A model generated the notes under the pieces. That model searched no databases. It was not told where the DNA came from and saw nothing but the letters and a program-made list of their open reading frames with translations. Shown one piece after another: positions 39,301 through 50,900 of a stretch of DNA of 64,000 nt. Location of the stretch: the IMG/VR virus record IMGVR_UViG_3300020438_000022. One strand, given 5' to 3'. Made by a program: the position numbers and the translations under genes. The stretch comes from an uncultured virus (IMG/VR IMGVR_UViG_3300020438_000022) (Duplodnaviria; Heunggongvirae; Uroviricota; Caudoviricetes). How positions within the stretch are numbered: position 1 is the first letter of the stretch; each line of letters begins with the position of its first letter.

Positions 39301-41912
39301 GGAATGTCTGCTGTTCCACTAGTTGTATATAGGTCTGAATTATCTTCAATATTGAATGGATCAATAACAGACTTGAAAGATAAGTCTATATTGGCTCCAC
39401 TTTCTAGTGCAACTTCATCAGAAAGACCATATGAACTAGCAACCCTAAAACCTATGTCTTCAAAAATTCCACTACCTGATGCAGGAAGTAAACTTCTTAG
39501 AGTATTGCCTTCTTTGCTTTTGAAAGAACCACCAGCACTATATTCAATTAAAGGAGTATGAGTTGTATTACTATTTTCAATCCATTCTCTAACATTACCA
39601 TTTTGGTCTCTAGTTCCATAATAGCTACTAGCCCCATTAGTAGTAACGTCGGTGACTAATCCAGAAAAAGAACCAGAAGCAGCATAGTCATAATTAGAAC
39701 TATTATTTAAATTATTAAATCCTGCTCCACCACTGGTCACTGCAATAGTAAAAGGTCTAGAGCTTGTTTGTGTAGCATAAGTGTAATATATTCCAGAATT
39801 AAAAGACTGATTACCAGAACCATCAGCATTTATTTTAAGAGCAGGAACAGCATCGGTACCATATACAATAAAATCAATATTTTTTTGCTGATCATTAAAT
39901 ACTGTACTAATACCAGGCCTGATGCTTAAAGTATTATCTGTAGCATCTGCTAAAGTACCAGGAGCAGTGAACATCTTCATAGACAAGAAGCCACCACGAG
40001 TAATTGAGTAAACCTCTAAGTCTGTAACCGTATTATCACTTAAGTTTTGATCTACAACTAATCCTGTAATCTGATTATCGTCAATATCAATAGAATTAAT
40101 TCTACGATATTCTATAGTTCCATCAGCTAATTTAACAGCAACCTGATCTCCAACTTCAAATTCTGTAGTCTCTGGTAAAATAGCTTCTAAAGTAGGATCT
40201 TCTAAAAATACAATTTGTCTTAAACATATATTGGCTTTTCTAATAGGATATTGATTCCACAAAATATTCTGATTAGTTAAGAAATAATCAGTAATACTAT
40301 ATACTCCTGTTACAAATCCACCGTCTGTAGTAGTTAGGACTCTCCCAGAAGGAATAGATGCAAATTTAACATTTTCAGAACTAGCAGATAAAAATCCAGA
40401 ACTATCAACAGCTAATATACTATTCTCTGATACGTTATTAAGTTTAATTGTATTTGATTGCAGGTTTGTGGCGAACAAACTTGGAATGGTTATAGATCCT
40501 GTACCTCCACTACCTAATATAATAGATGTACTATTTAATTTAACACTAGGACTATTGATAGATATTTCGCTGTCAGATAAATTTATATTGCTCGTATCAT
40601 GACCTAAAACAGTATTACTACCACTAGCAATAGTTAAATTATTATCAGAATAACCTATAAATGTACTAGAATCATTACTTGTTAAGGTTTTCACTCCTGT
40701 ATTTGTAGTAGCAACTACAAGATCAAACTGCCCCTTAGGTGTAGTGGCAGCAGTATTATTTGCGGTAGATTTAAAAGACACATAATTTACTTTGTTTCCA
40801 TTAGTGTCTTTACCAGCTAAGTTTAATTCACCAACAACAGTACCATTAGATAACAAACCACTAGGCTTGTGATATAAAGTCATGTTGGCTGGATGACAGT
40901 AATTTCTGTTTTCTAATCTAAAACCTTCTTGACAGATATTATTAACAACATGGAAAACAGTAACAGGTCTACTACCAGAAGGAATATTTAAACCTAATCT
41001 ACCATCATATGCAAAAAACATATTATAATTAGATATACCTGTACCACTACCATATACTAAAAAGTCACTAGCTTCTCTGTCATTATTAAATACAGTATCG
41101 GCGGTACCGGATGTAGACAATATTGTATGGGCCGATGCTTCTGAGTCAGAACCCAATAGCATCTTATTAGTTCCACCAGGACTCCAATAAACTTCTGAAC
41201 CTTGAAATTCGCCCCCGCCACCATTAAATTGAAATGAATATGTATTACCAGAAGGATCACTTAAGATAGAGTATTCAGGATTAGATAAGGTAGAGAAGTC
41301 TGATGGTGGAACAACCACACCGATGATATGCCACTGATTATTAGCAAAACCAAGCTTTATGTAATTTTTTGCAGGAGACAACGTATGAGATGTGTGACCT
41401 TCTGATGATCTAATAATTACTGAATTATTACCAGATATAATTTTAAATTCTATTGCTAAATTTTTAGATTGTACATTAGTAGGTAGTAAAACGTCTATAG
41501 ATTTTTCTGATGTATCTATTAGGTAAGAGGCTTGTACTGGATCTGCTGTAAAGTGATCATCTCTTACAATAATATTATTAAACCCAGTATTAAACGAACT
41601 TTCATTAGCAAATATGAAAAACTCTTGACGTTTAGCATCTGGGAAGTTTATTGGTTCGTCATTACTAGAAGAGCGTACAACTCTGTCTCTCTTAACAATA
41701 ATGTCGTCGCCTTGTAAGTCTACATAACCCACACCTACTTCATATATAATGTTTGATTCGCCATAACTACGCACTATGTAAGGAATATAGTATCCGACAT
41801 GACTAGAATTTAAAGAATTGTAACCATTTAAAGGTTTTTGGACAACAAATACCCCGTCTTTAAATTTAAAATTAAAACCGATACTATCAAATACTTTTGT
41901 TACATTATTCAT
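36366..41912 (-). CDS. tail fibre/receptor-binding protein with FGE-sulfatase (C-type lectin fold) domain and two C-terminal fibronectin type III domains
   Basis: FGE motifs GTRDQNGNVREW, GGSF, DIGFRVA, ETEVTNTQYIEFLN, KPVVFVNY, LPNIHEWHKAAY. Fn3: VPGKPTSVTG..GNSSVTLNWLAPSNDGG...LTGLQNGSTYIFRISAVN.VGTG. Confidence 0.88.
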   Translation of the reverse strand: MNNVTKVFDSIGFNFKFKDGVFVVQKPLNGYNSLNSSHVGYYIPYIVRSYGESNIIYEVGVGYVDLQGDDIIVKRDRVVRSSSNDEPINFPDAKRQEFFIFANESSFNTGFNNIIVRDDHFTADPVQASYLIDTSEKSIDVLLPTNVQSKNLAIEFKIISGNNSVIIRSSEGHTSHTLSPAKNYIKLGFANNQWHIIGVVVPPSDFSTLSNPEYSILSDPSGNTYSFQFNGGGGEFQGSEVYWSPGGTNKMLLGSDSEASAHTILSTSGTADTVFNNDREASDFLVYGSGTGISNYNMFFAYDGRLGLNIPSGSRPVTVFHVVNNICQEGFRLENRNYCHPANMTLYHKPSGLLSNGTVVGELNLAGKDTNGNKVNYVSFKSTANNTAATTPKGQFDLVVATTNTGVKTLTSNDSSTFIGYSDNNLTIASGSNTVLGHDTSNINLSDSEISINSPSVKLNSTSIILGSGGTGSITIPSLFATNLQSNTIKLNNVSENSILAVDSSGFLSASSENVKFASIPSGRVLTTTDGGFVTGVYSITDYFLTNQNILWNQYPIRKANICLRQIVFLEDPTLEAILPETTEFEVGDQVAVKLADGTIEYRRINSIDIDDNQITGLVVDQNLSDNTVTDLEVYSITRGGFLSMKMFTAPGTLADATDNTLSIRPGISTVFNDQQKNIDFIVYGTDAVPALKINADGSGNQSFNSGIYYTYATQTSSRPFTIAVTSGGAGFNNLNNSSNYDYAASGSFSGLVTDVTTNGASSYYGTRDQNGNVREWIENSNTTHTPLIEYSAGGSFKSKEGNTLRSLLPASGSGIFEDIGFRVASSYGLSDEVALESGANIDLSFKSVIDPFNIEDNSDLYTTSGTADIPTGLNLFATGINNLGTVNYNYRLSETEVTNTQYIEFLNAVASTDNLNLYQTSMSGEEVGGIVRSGSPGTYTYHTKPDMDNKPVVFVNYLSSLRFANWLHNGAPTGSAVNSNTTEDGSYTLINTGGDTYQVTKNSYNKYWLPNIHEWHKAAYFEYKEYTIRSGTSNIMIKRDDPFPVFESTGIGGAFKEFANLSVSGWTYTDKLYVGDGSFVSPTGKDGRAESIEFLDGLFKFERGSYKFTLGAQDNVTVDVDDVNFDGTYGNFLSSNSGVTLSSQSGDINLVAQDGFIRLYSPYPIKVSGIEASEVRTEDIIKINSEGVETATYPGSSGSVIYKLSDHEAGSSDQFKFLSGVLNMPGGNSKSPLYVTDQKNVETFSAITYDSGEIVSSTQVSLPKIKIGEDIPLYSGYILTHQGEGYAEWAPTNYLDAEGVLWEREAKLNVEIYNDKIQFSGNSAEEVSGAFKYTDTIGLVNLMTAETYYVKGSDGMFVIHGSGATPDPANFVTEEDGKPTITVCPSIPWGPQNGLSFVSGLAYSVTKGAYMSMQMDPAATSGFTCAGGLVENDAAPYAFKPTTLNHISIRPDYSTSFNLLGENIDFVIYPSRMTDFHRYEPEIHGVDASGKSVGLVPGFMIDANIHNSVTGTMATGVMFSGYTDVGESLPSGFHVDETSKIYINTDTPFNIGDPVTSGSEALQTYADLTVNRYAYASGLITQELYFTPKPDLSGNGTYVVNAPLTVNTLGQVISQVPETAATVPGKPTSVTGSTGNSSVTLNWLAPSNDGGRVVLNYIIEYSLDGGDSWTKYERVSSIDTSASLTGLQNGSTYIFRISAVNTVGTGEPSLSSSQIVPNSNYPSEVRNLTATRSTLSAMIKWVIPSFGSPFTDYVIEYSTDNASTWSTYPTPTIEDDTEVTDGKKTTLSGIQDAPRYLFRVKAQNSYGFGPYTQIESIGSDPYEPPSDTEDVTSIWDFGKIQFTGVCS

Positions 41913-41914
41913 AA

Positions 41915-44900
41915 TTAAGAGTATTGACCCCCTCCCATAGGTGTCGAGTTTCTGCTCGTGTTAAGTCCACCCTCGAATTCAGTACGATCTAACCTAGACA
42001 TAGCGTTATGGTTAGTTAAAGAAGAGTTCTGGTCTGCCTGAGCAAGTATATTTTGACTTACGTTATCTGTAACGGCATCTAATCCGAAATGCTGAGTCTT
42101 AACTGTTTGATCCACCTTAGTGGTAAGTTGATTTGGCATATTGTCTACAGACTCAGAATACTGAGAAACTCCTTGATTGTACATTTCTGTTGATCCTGCA
42201 AATGTTTCTGTTCCTTGTGCGAATGTATTTACATGCTCCCCTAACTGTCCAACAAATTCTTGTAAATTGGTCAACTGGCTGGCTAAATTATCTAGTGCTG
42301 TAGTATCTATGCTTATATTAGGCTGGGCAATATTATTAGATACACCACCAACAGCGCCACCAATGTTATAATATCCAGGTTTTATGAAGCCACCTTGAGA
42401 TAAATATCTAGTCATATTAGAACTTTGAAGCTTACCATTATTTATATCATTTAATAATCCACCAAATTTTCTAGCTTGAGGAGCCCTAACCACAAATTCA
42501 TCAGGACTTAATGCTGCATTCATATTACTATTAGCAATATTGGCCAAAATACTGTCTGTACCCTTTGGTTTGGCCATGTTATTACCTATTCCAACATATC
42601 CACCATTAGCAAATTTAGGAATCTCTCCCTTAATTTTAGAAAATTTAGGAATGTCTCCCTTATATGGAGTTTGCAAAGCCCGTGACAAGCTTTTACCTTT
42701 AGGCAATTGTTCTAAGAGCATAAATAATTCTTGTTCGTCGCCACTATTTTGAATTTCTAGTAGTCTCTTCGTAAATTTTCTTCCTTTCATTCCTTCTGCA
42801 TATTCTATAACTCTATTCATAAAGCTACCAGAAGCACCTGGCTTATGACCAAATAAATCCAGACCATGAATTTTTGCTATTCGAGCTTCTTCTAGTATCA
42901 GTGGGGGCAACTGTCTAGCAAAGCTTTGATCAGCTGGTAGCGCTGTCGAGGCTTTTCGAGCTGAAGTAAGACTCTCTAATCCTGTATCCCCCATATATTT
43001 AACCATATCCGCATTTATTCCCATGCCTTCTACTAAATTATAATTTTTAACAAAAGCGTCAACTGCAGCGGCATCTTTTACGTCTAACTTTGATTCGTGA
43101 ATTAAATCAGTAATAGCATGAAGTCTTTCATGATGTAAGGTTCGTTTACCTTGACCGGTTAATTTACCCGCCCTCATCCCACCTTGGCGAGGATCTGCAT
43201 TAATCCGTACTGCCATCTTACCATCAGCATCAGGGGAGTAGCGACCTCGAGTATTGTTTAAACGTCGGTATTTTTTATTAAGCGCTGCATCGACCGACCC
43301 TTCTTTAAAAGTGTGATGGTTTCTTATATATTCTGGAAAATCTTTTTGAGGATAATAAGTTTTATAATCTAACATAGCATTATAAATTTCTTCAGCTCTA
43401 GGATTCCTCTGCGCAGCAGCAGCTGTCATCTGTCCCATGTTTGATAGTTTTTCTGCAGCTTCTCTGTTTGCTTGCTTCGTACTTTTCCTGAACGGTTTCT
43501 TTGCTGCCTCTTTTACATTACCCACAAATGTTGTTACTAGGCCAGGCTGTTGAAGACTTCCGGATGTAGTAGTTGCTGGAGCTACAGGAGCTGGGCGTGG
43601 TGTTGCAGGAAGCTGCGGACTTGTCAAAGTAGGATTAGAATAAAAGTTTGGAGGACCAGGAGGATGTGATTTTTGATAAGGTATTCTTCCTTGTTGAGTG
43701 GCGTTGTTAAAGAAATTTTGTCGCATCGACTCAACCATAGTCTCTTGATACGGATTATCGTATAAGCGTTGTAGTTGTTGAGCTGCTATTTGAGGATCAG
43801 TATCGAGATTAGATGCAACTATTCTAGCAGTTTCACTATCAAATCCGAAGTGTCTTCCCGTTAGGAAATCCATTGTTGCAAATGGCTTCTTTGCATCATG
43901 TGCTAAAAATCTATCACGTATTGTTTTTAGTCCTGAAGTACCTGCTCCTTCTTGAAACAAATTACCTAGTACTGCTAATGCTCCAGCTTCATCATCTCCA
44001 GATTCTATTAATTCTCTAATTTTTTCATCGGGAACACCTGATTTTCTAGCAAAATTAATAGCTGCTTCTCGTTCTCTTAATAAAGCTGCTCTTCTGGTCG
44101 TGGATCTTGCAGTGTTAGCAGCATCTATAGCGTTACTAGTGTCTCGTATGCGTGCTACTGCGTCTGATGCCGTGTTAATAACACCTCTAGTACCCCTTCG
44201 TAAAAAGCTAGGAGCCTTCATCGCACCTCTTACTCCCAACTCTATAGCATCAGGAGACATGAAATATGGAATTACACCAGCTGCTCCAGAACCTAGAGTC
44301 TCTAAGCCTCCACCTTCAAGGTTATTCTTTTTTAAGTAATCTTGATGTTCACTGTATGTTTTATTTATTTGTGCTTCTAATGCACCTATCTCTTTGTCTA
44401 CAGAACTAGAATATTCTGATGAATTAATACCTCCTGTTAGCATGCTAAATGATCTATATCCTTTTAAATCAGCTAATCTTGATTTTAGATCTCCCATCTT
44501 TGTAGCATATTGATCTTGAACTATATAGCCTTCTGCACCAGCATCACTAAGAAAATTACTGCCACCAATAGCTCTTAAGGGAGCTCTTCCTGATTTATAC
44601 AGCAACGATTGAAGACCTGTTCCTACAGTTTCAAATAACTCCTCAGTACCTCCGACAGTATTAGCTATGTAATTTCCTACGCCTGGAATAGACCTTGTTC
44701 CAGCTTCTAATTTCTCAAAAATATCCGGCATACGTTCTTTGTCTCTGTATCTTGATTCAATAGTAAAATCCTGCATAGTCATACCGTCTGTAAATGGTAT
44801 AACTTGATCACGAGCACTAGGCTGTTCTGAAGATAAAGGAGCAGTTGCTGTTGGTGGTGCTGGTGCTGTTGTTCGGAACATACCAGGCACTACAGCATTA

Positions 44901-47900
44901 TTTATTTCAGCTTGTTTGGCCGCTGCTTTTTCTTCTTTTGCTTTTTGTTGAGCTGCTGCAGTTTGTTTCATATTTTCATAAATTTGTGCTCCAGCATCCA
45001 TCGGCTTCTGTATAAAATTATCATACATCATACCAGGTACAGATGGCAGCATTTCCATCATCTGTCCTACGCCTTCTCTAATCTGAGCTTCTTGTCGTTT
45101 TCTTTCTTCGTCTCTATGATATTGTTCTAGTGCTAATCTTTCTTGTTGTTTTTCATACTGTTCATAAACACGCCTATAGCTATCTTTGTCTAATCTATCA
45201 AAAGGAACAGTAGCAGAACCAGTAATTTCTAAAGTTTTTGGATCTCTTGTATCAAAATGTATCAATCCTGTTTCAGGATCATATTTATGAAAACTTCCAT
45301 GTCTACTGTGTCCACTGTCAGTATAAAAAGTTTGTACGCCAGATATTTGATCAGGTTGTATGAATCCTTGCTTGATAGCATTTTGCTCTCTGGCTTTACG
45401 TTCAGCTTGCGCCTGATTATAATCAGCACTAGCTTGTGCTAAACGAGCATCATTTGCTGCATCTGCCGCTTGTTCAGTCTTAATACGTTCTGCTTCTTTT
45501 TGTTTTGCTGCTTGTGTTTGTGCAAAGTTCGCTCCTGCTAAATAATCTTTATTAGCTTGTTTTTCTCTAGCTTTTCTAGCTTCAGCAGTAAACATCTCAT
45601 CATATGCTGTAGTGCGAGGACCTTCTTTATGCAGTCTCATGTACTCGTTTCTACTTTCAGCCAAACTTCTTTTATGATTCTCTTTTTGTTCTGCAGTAGT
45701 AGCCATACTCAGTTGGTCTCTACTAAACGCCATACCTTCTTTATGCATCTGCATTTCTTCATGATGCATGCGTCTTTCTTCTGAAGACTGAAGCATTAAG
45801 TTTCTGTACTCGTTGTTTGAATTGTATACCTGATCAGGATCGATACGCTTACTCATATCGTATCCACCATATTTACTATAGCTATCTTTATAAATTTGAT
45901 TAGCTGCTTCTCTATCTCCTGTCTCAGCAAAATGCCTCTCAGATTCTGATTCAGCCATTGCTTTTGCTCTACCATTTGTTGAAGCAATAAGCATTCTACC
46001 TTGTTGATCATTATCGAAATCCATCATTGCAAGACCACCTCGTACAAATCCTTTAGCTTTAATCAAGCCTCCTTTATTTCCATACATAGCTTGAGATAAC
46101 GAACCGGTTTTATTTAAAATATCTAAGTTTCTAATACCAATTTGAGATACAGCATCCTGTTTTAAGACATACTCGCCATCTGCCAACATAGCAGGAATTC
46201 TATCTGGACCTTTAGGTTCATATTTTACATATGTGCCTTGTTGAGCATATACAGGCTTGATAACACCACCGCTTGCCGCTGCCACTATTGGTTGACCGCT
46301 ACCTGGGGCTGGACGACTTTGAACCGGCTGTCGACCCTGTCCTTGTCCTTGTGATGCTAAATACCCCTCTAAATTAGCTATAGAAGTAGAAAGACTTTCT
46401 AATACAGCAGGAAGGTTTGCCATATTTTCGTTCAATTGGGCCATAGCTTCGTTAGCTTGTCGTTGCATTTCAGATGCGTCTCTAGCTTCTTGTTCAGCTA
46501 GTCTTGCAGCAGAATCTGTACTAGGATCTTCTAAGCGTTTAATAGCCCTAAAGAACTCTGGGGCATTTTCTGGGGTTAATCCCATTTGAGCACCCATTTG
46601 TCTCATTAAGCCAGCTTGTTCTTTGTTGAAGTCTTCACGTATTTGTTCGTCTGTTAATTCAGCATTTTTAACTGCCTTTTGTTCGTCTGCTCTTTCCTGT
46701 GCTGTTAATGGACGATCTTTTATACCTAACTTTTCTCTTCTATCCATTATGAAATCAGCACGTTCATTTCTTTTATTTAATTCTCTAGAAGCACGCTGAC
46801 GATCTAGTGCATCAAACATTTCTCCTCTTTGTTGAGCTCTAACATTTTCAAATGCTAATCTAGCTTGTCTTGGGTCACCACCACTTCTTTGGAAAGCGTC
46901 TCTAGCAGCTGCTCTGGCTTCAGGAGTGTTGCTTTCTAATCTGCCTGTTTGTTGAAATTGTGCTAGTCTCTGATCAGCTCTAAAGTTTCTTAAGTTTTCT
47001 TCAGGACTTCTTGTTAATATACCTTTAGCTTGATTAATAGTTTGATCTTGTAATGCTCTAATCTCAGACAAGTCTCTTAATGCAGCTGCTGCTAATTCTC
47101 CACTAGCTGCGAGTCTTTCTAAAGCTGCTTTATTACGTGCTAATTCTCTATTGTTTTCATCTAGTTCTAAAGTATGTTTAGCATAAGCATCGGTATCGGT
47201 AGTTGCTGCCCTATCTCTTTTAAGCTCTAAGTCTTCTGATTTTTTATTAAGTCTTTCTATATTTTCTAAAATAGCAAAAGGATCTGTTCGACCTCCTGTG
47301 TCTCTACCTGTTCTACGAGCAGAGATTAGTGCTGTTTCACCAAAGCTGGCATCAACGCCGGTCATTACCTTTCTTAATTCTAACTCAAAGTCAGTACCAA
47401 TATCATCAGCTTTTTGTCTAAATCTTCTAGCTTCTTCTAATCTTTTCCCACTAGCTTGTACTTCTTTACTAAACGCATTTAATTCTTTTTCTAATGCATT
47501 CAAGATTTGTAGTAATGGTGATGAGGCTTTTTCTTGTTGTTCTCTTAAAGATTTATTAAAAGCATCTTCAAAAGCTAGTCTTTCGGATGCTTTGTCGGAG
47601 CCAGGTTGTGCTCTGCTTGCTTCGGCTGCACTTTGCCCCGCTTGAATTGCGGTTGTCATTATGTCATCAAATACTTGTTTTTGTTCCGGGTTTCTGATTC
47701 TAGCAGAGGCAGTGGCTTGTCTGGTCCTCAGCCTATCAGCAAGTAAATCACCACCTATATCCCCCTGTCCAACCATAGCGCTTTGAACAGTAAGATTTGG
47801 ATTTCTTTCTATAAATGAACCAGCTATAGCTGTGTTACGGGCTGATCTTCCAGCTCGACCAGGAATAAAACTACTAGCAAAACTAGCAGAATCTATAATA

Positions 47901-50900
47901 TCTCTGCGACTATATACTCCAGGATTTTCTAAAACATTATTAGCTCTAAAACGAGTATCTCGCATAGAAGCGTTACCATCAAGTCTATCTGCTCTAACGG
48001 ATCTAGCATTTCTAGCCCGATCAGTTTCGAACATAAATCTATTAACAGCATCACTCACAGTTTGTGTTAATTTATTAAGAGAGAAAGATAGCCTCATTGT
48101 GGCTTTAGCTGCTTCTTCCATCTTGATCGTCATATCAGATTGATTCTGAGCAGCTTCAACAGCAGCTATTCCTCCTTCTGCCATAGCTTTTGTTAGCGCA
48201 GCTTCACCTGCTGCACGAGCTTCTGTTTCACTTTTGCCCTCTTCCAAAGCTTTATTATAAGCGATAGCCATTTGAAGCTGTACTGACTGATCTGTTCTTG
48301 CTATCGTTTTTTCTACGGTAGAGTCAACAGCTTCTCCTCTTCTCATTTGTTTTAGCATAACTTGTTGTGCAGCAACTGCGCTTTCTCTGGCAGCAGCAGC
48401 TTGTGTTGCGGCAAACTCTTTAAGTTCAGGAGCTCCTAAAGTATTGCTTCGTGATGTACCAATTCCAAGGGTAACAAATCTACCTACACGTTCTGCAAAT
48501 GTGCCACTTTCGAGTTCTTGGTTTCTTGTTTTACTAAGTAATTCTTCAAAACTTGTTGAGGCAGAGGCAGCTAATGCGGGATTTTGAGCCGCTAAAGCAT
48601 CAATTAATCTAGACTCTAAACCAATATCATCGATATCTGCTTCAAAATTAGACAGTGCTCGCTTAACACCTTTGGTGGCTTTCTCTAGATCTTCACCAGC
48701 TTTAGCTTTTCTTAATTCTCTAGCAGCTTCTTCTTGAGCATCACTAAAATCACCAACAAAATCAGCAGCAGCATAAATCGCAGTACCGAATGCGATTACT
48801 CCAGCCGCAGCTGGACCTATACCAGGAATCATAGCAACTTGACCAGCAATAGCCAAACCTGTTCCTGCTTGAGTAGTTGCTCTCTCAAAACCTGTAACAT
48901 TTCGAGCGTTTGCTTCCGAACCTTCTCTATCCCCAAAAATACTTTCTCCAGCTCCTCCTAACATAGATATGGCACTACCAGCAAAAAATCCTGCCTGACC
49001 AGAAATACCTCTACCTACATTAGCTAATTTTTTACCAAAACCACCAACTAAAGGTATAGAGCTAATTCTATCACCAGCACGTTTAATGCTATTTACAATA
49101 GTGTTTGATAGTATTGCTGATCGTTGCTCAACTAATCTATTTGTAGCTGCACTCTTAGTATCTCTAAGTCTAGCTAGTGCATCTTCTTTCTGTTGCACTT
49201 CAATAAGAGAAGCACCTTGTCTTTTTAGTGCCTGAATATCACCCATAATAGCAGACTCTACTTGTTCAAAAGAAAGAGCTGCTCCATTAGCCTTTTGTCT
49301 TAATAAATCAAATTGAGTATTATTCTTTCCTAATCTATTAGAGACATCATTTAATAAATCTCCACTCACAGAAAGTGTGCTAGTGTATTTTTGTAAGCGT
49401 CCTGTTGTTAGTATAGTTGCTTTACCTATACCTGTAATACTTTTTTCTAATTTTTGTAAATCAATACTAGGACCGGTAGCTGATCCTTGCTTTAGAGATT
49501 GAGTAGCAAATTTGTCTATTTCAGGATCTACTCCTCCACCCGTATTAAATTTTTGAACGCCAACAAAACCACCCTTATTATATCCTTTAACTCTATCAGC
49601 ACGATTAAGATTATTCAGTTTCGCTGCTCCTAAACTCTTAGCAGCTTTTTTATTAACTACAAATTCACCAGGAGTTAGTAATGCAGGTACTGTGTCTTCT
49701 GAACTGCCACCTGTAGCAAATCTTCTGATAGTACCTCCAAAATAATTTTTGCTACGTCTGAGATTTTTTTGTTCATTTTTTTCTATTTCTGCTTGTGTGC
49801 GAGATGTTTTACCAGATTGCTTTAATCTTCCAGCGTCTTCAAGAACAGTTAAATCACCTATACTCAGAGTATCAGGTTTATTAGATAAAGCTTTTTTAGA
49901 AGCTACACTTGAAGCAGTACGATCGATATCACTTCTTGGTCTAAAAATAGAGCCAGCTACTTTATCTAGTAAATGAGATGTAGAAACTTGTTCTTGTGTG
50001 CTTTTTATCTCTGCAAAGTCAATATTGCTAATCATACCATCTAGTCTAGATGTAGAAGCGCCTCCTCCACCAACACCTCTTTCGGCGAGCTTAGCAACTT
50101 TCTTAGAATCAAGCAAAACTTGTTCAAAAGCTAATCCTCTAGCTTTATGAGCTTGTGAATTGAAAGCTTTATTATAGTCTTGTAAATTTTTATTACTTTT
50201 TGGTAAACCTAATGAGTTAGGGTCAATTTGCACACGTTCGATATTAGCATGTACTTTGTCTTTTCTATTAAGAACCAAAGGAGGACTTGATGCTACAGCT
50301 TCTGAGATAAGAGTATTTCTCTTTTTATCAAAAGTTGTTCTTACATTTTTAACATAAGGCTTTGATGATGGAATATCAACAACTCCACCTTGAGCATATC
50401 TATTCATTCGAGATAAATTTTGCATACCAACAGCTTGTACGGCTTTTTTCCTAATTACAAATTCGCCGGGCTCAAGCATTGCGGGTACAGTATCTCCACT
50501 ACCGGAACCTCCAACCACACCACCTCTAGCATATTTTTGTATAGCACCTCCTGCTGCGTTTCTTCGTAATCCGCCACCAAAACCCTTGGCGAAATTACCT
50601 AATGCTCCAATACCTTTAAACGCTAACACAGATCCAAGTATAGGAATCAATCCTTTAACACTATCAGCAATGCTAATCATAGCACTAGAAACACTAAGGG
50701 CTCCTTTTACTAAAACTTGAAAACTATCTGTGGCACCAATCTCTCTAACAAGACTTAAAAATTCTTCACGCACTTTAGATATTTGATTAGCTAAACTAAG
50801 TTGAGCAAGAGCGGCGTCTTTAGCTAGTGACCCTTGTCCTCGCTGGGCGACAGATAAAGCGTTTTGAGCAGTGGTAAACTGTTGTAGTAAAGGAATTACC

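Noticed and set aside
38845..39795. Diversity-generating retroelement targeting the CLec/FGE domain
   Set aside because: No reverse transcriptase and no second copy differing at adenines was seen in this window. One could exist elsewhere in the genome.
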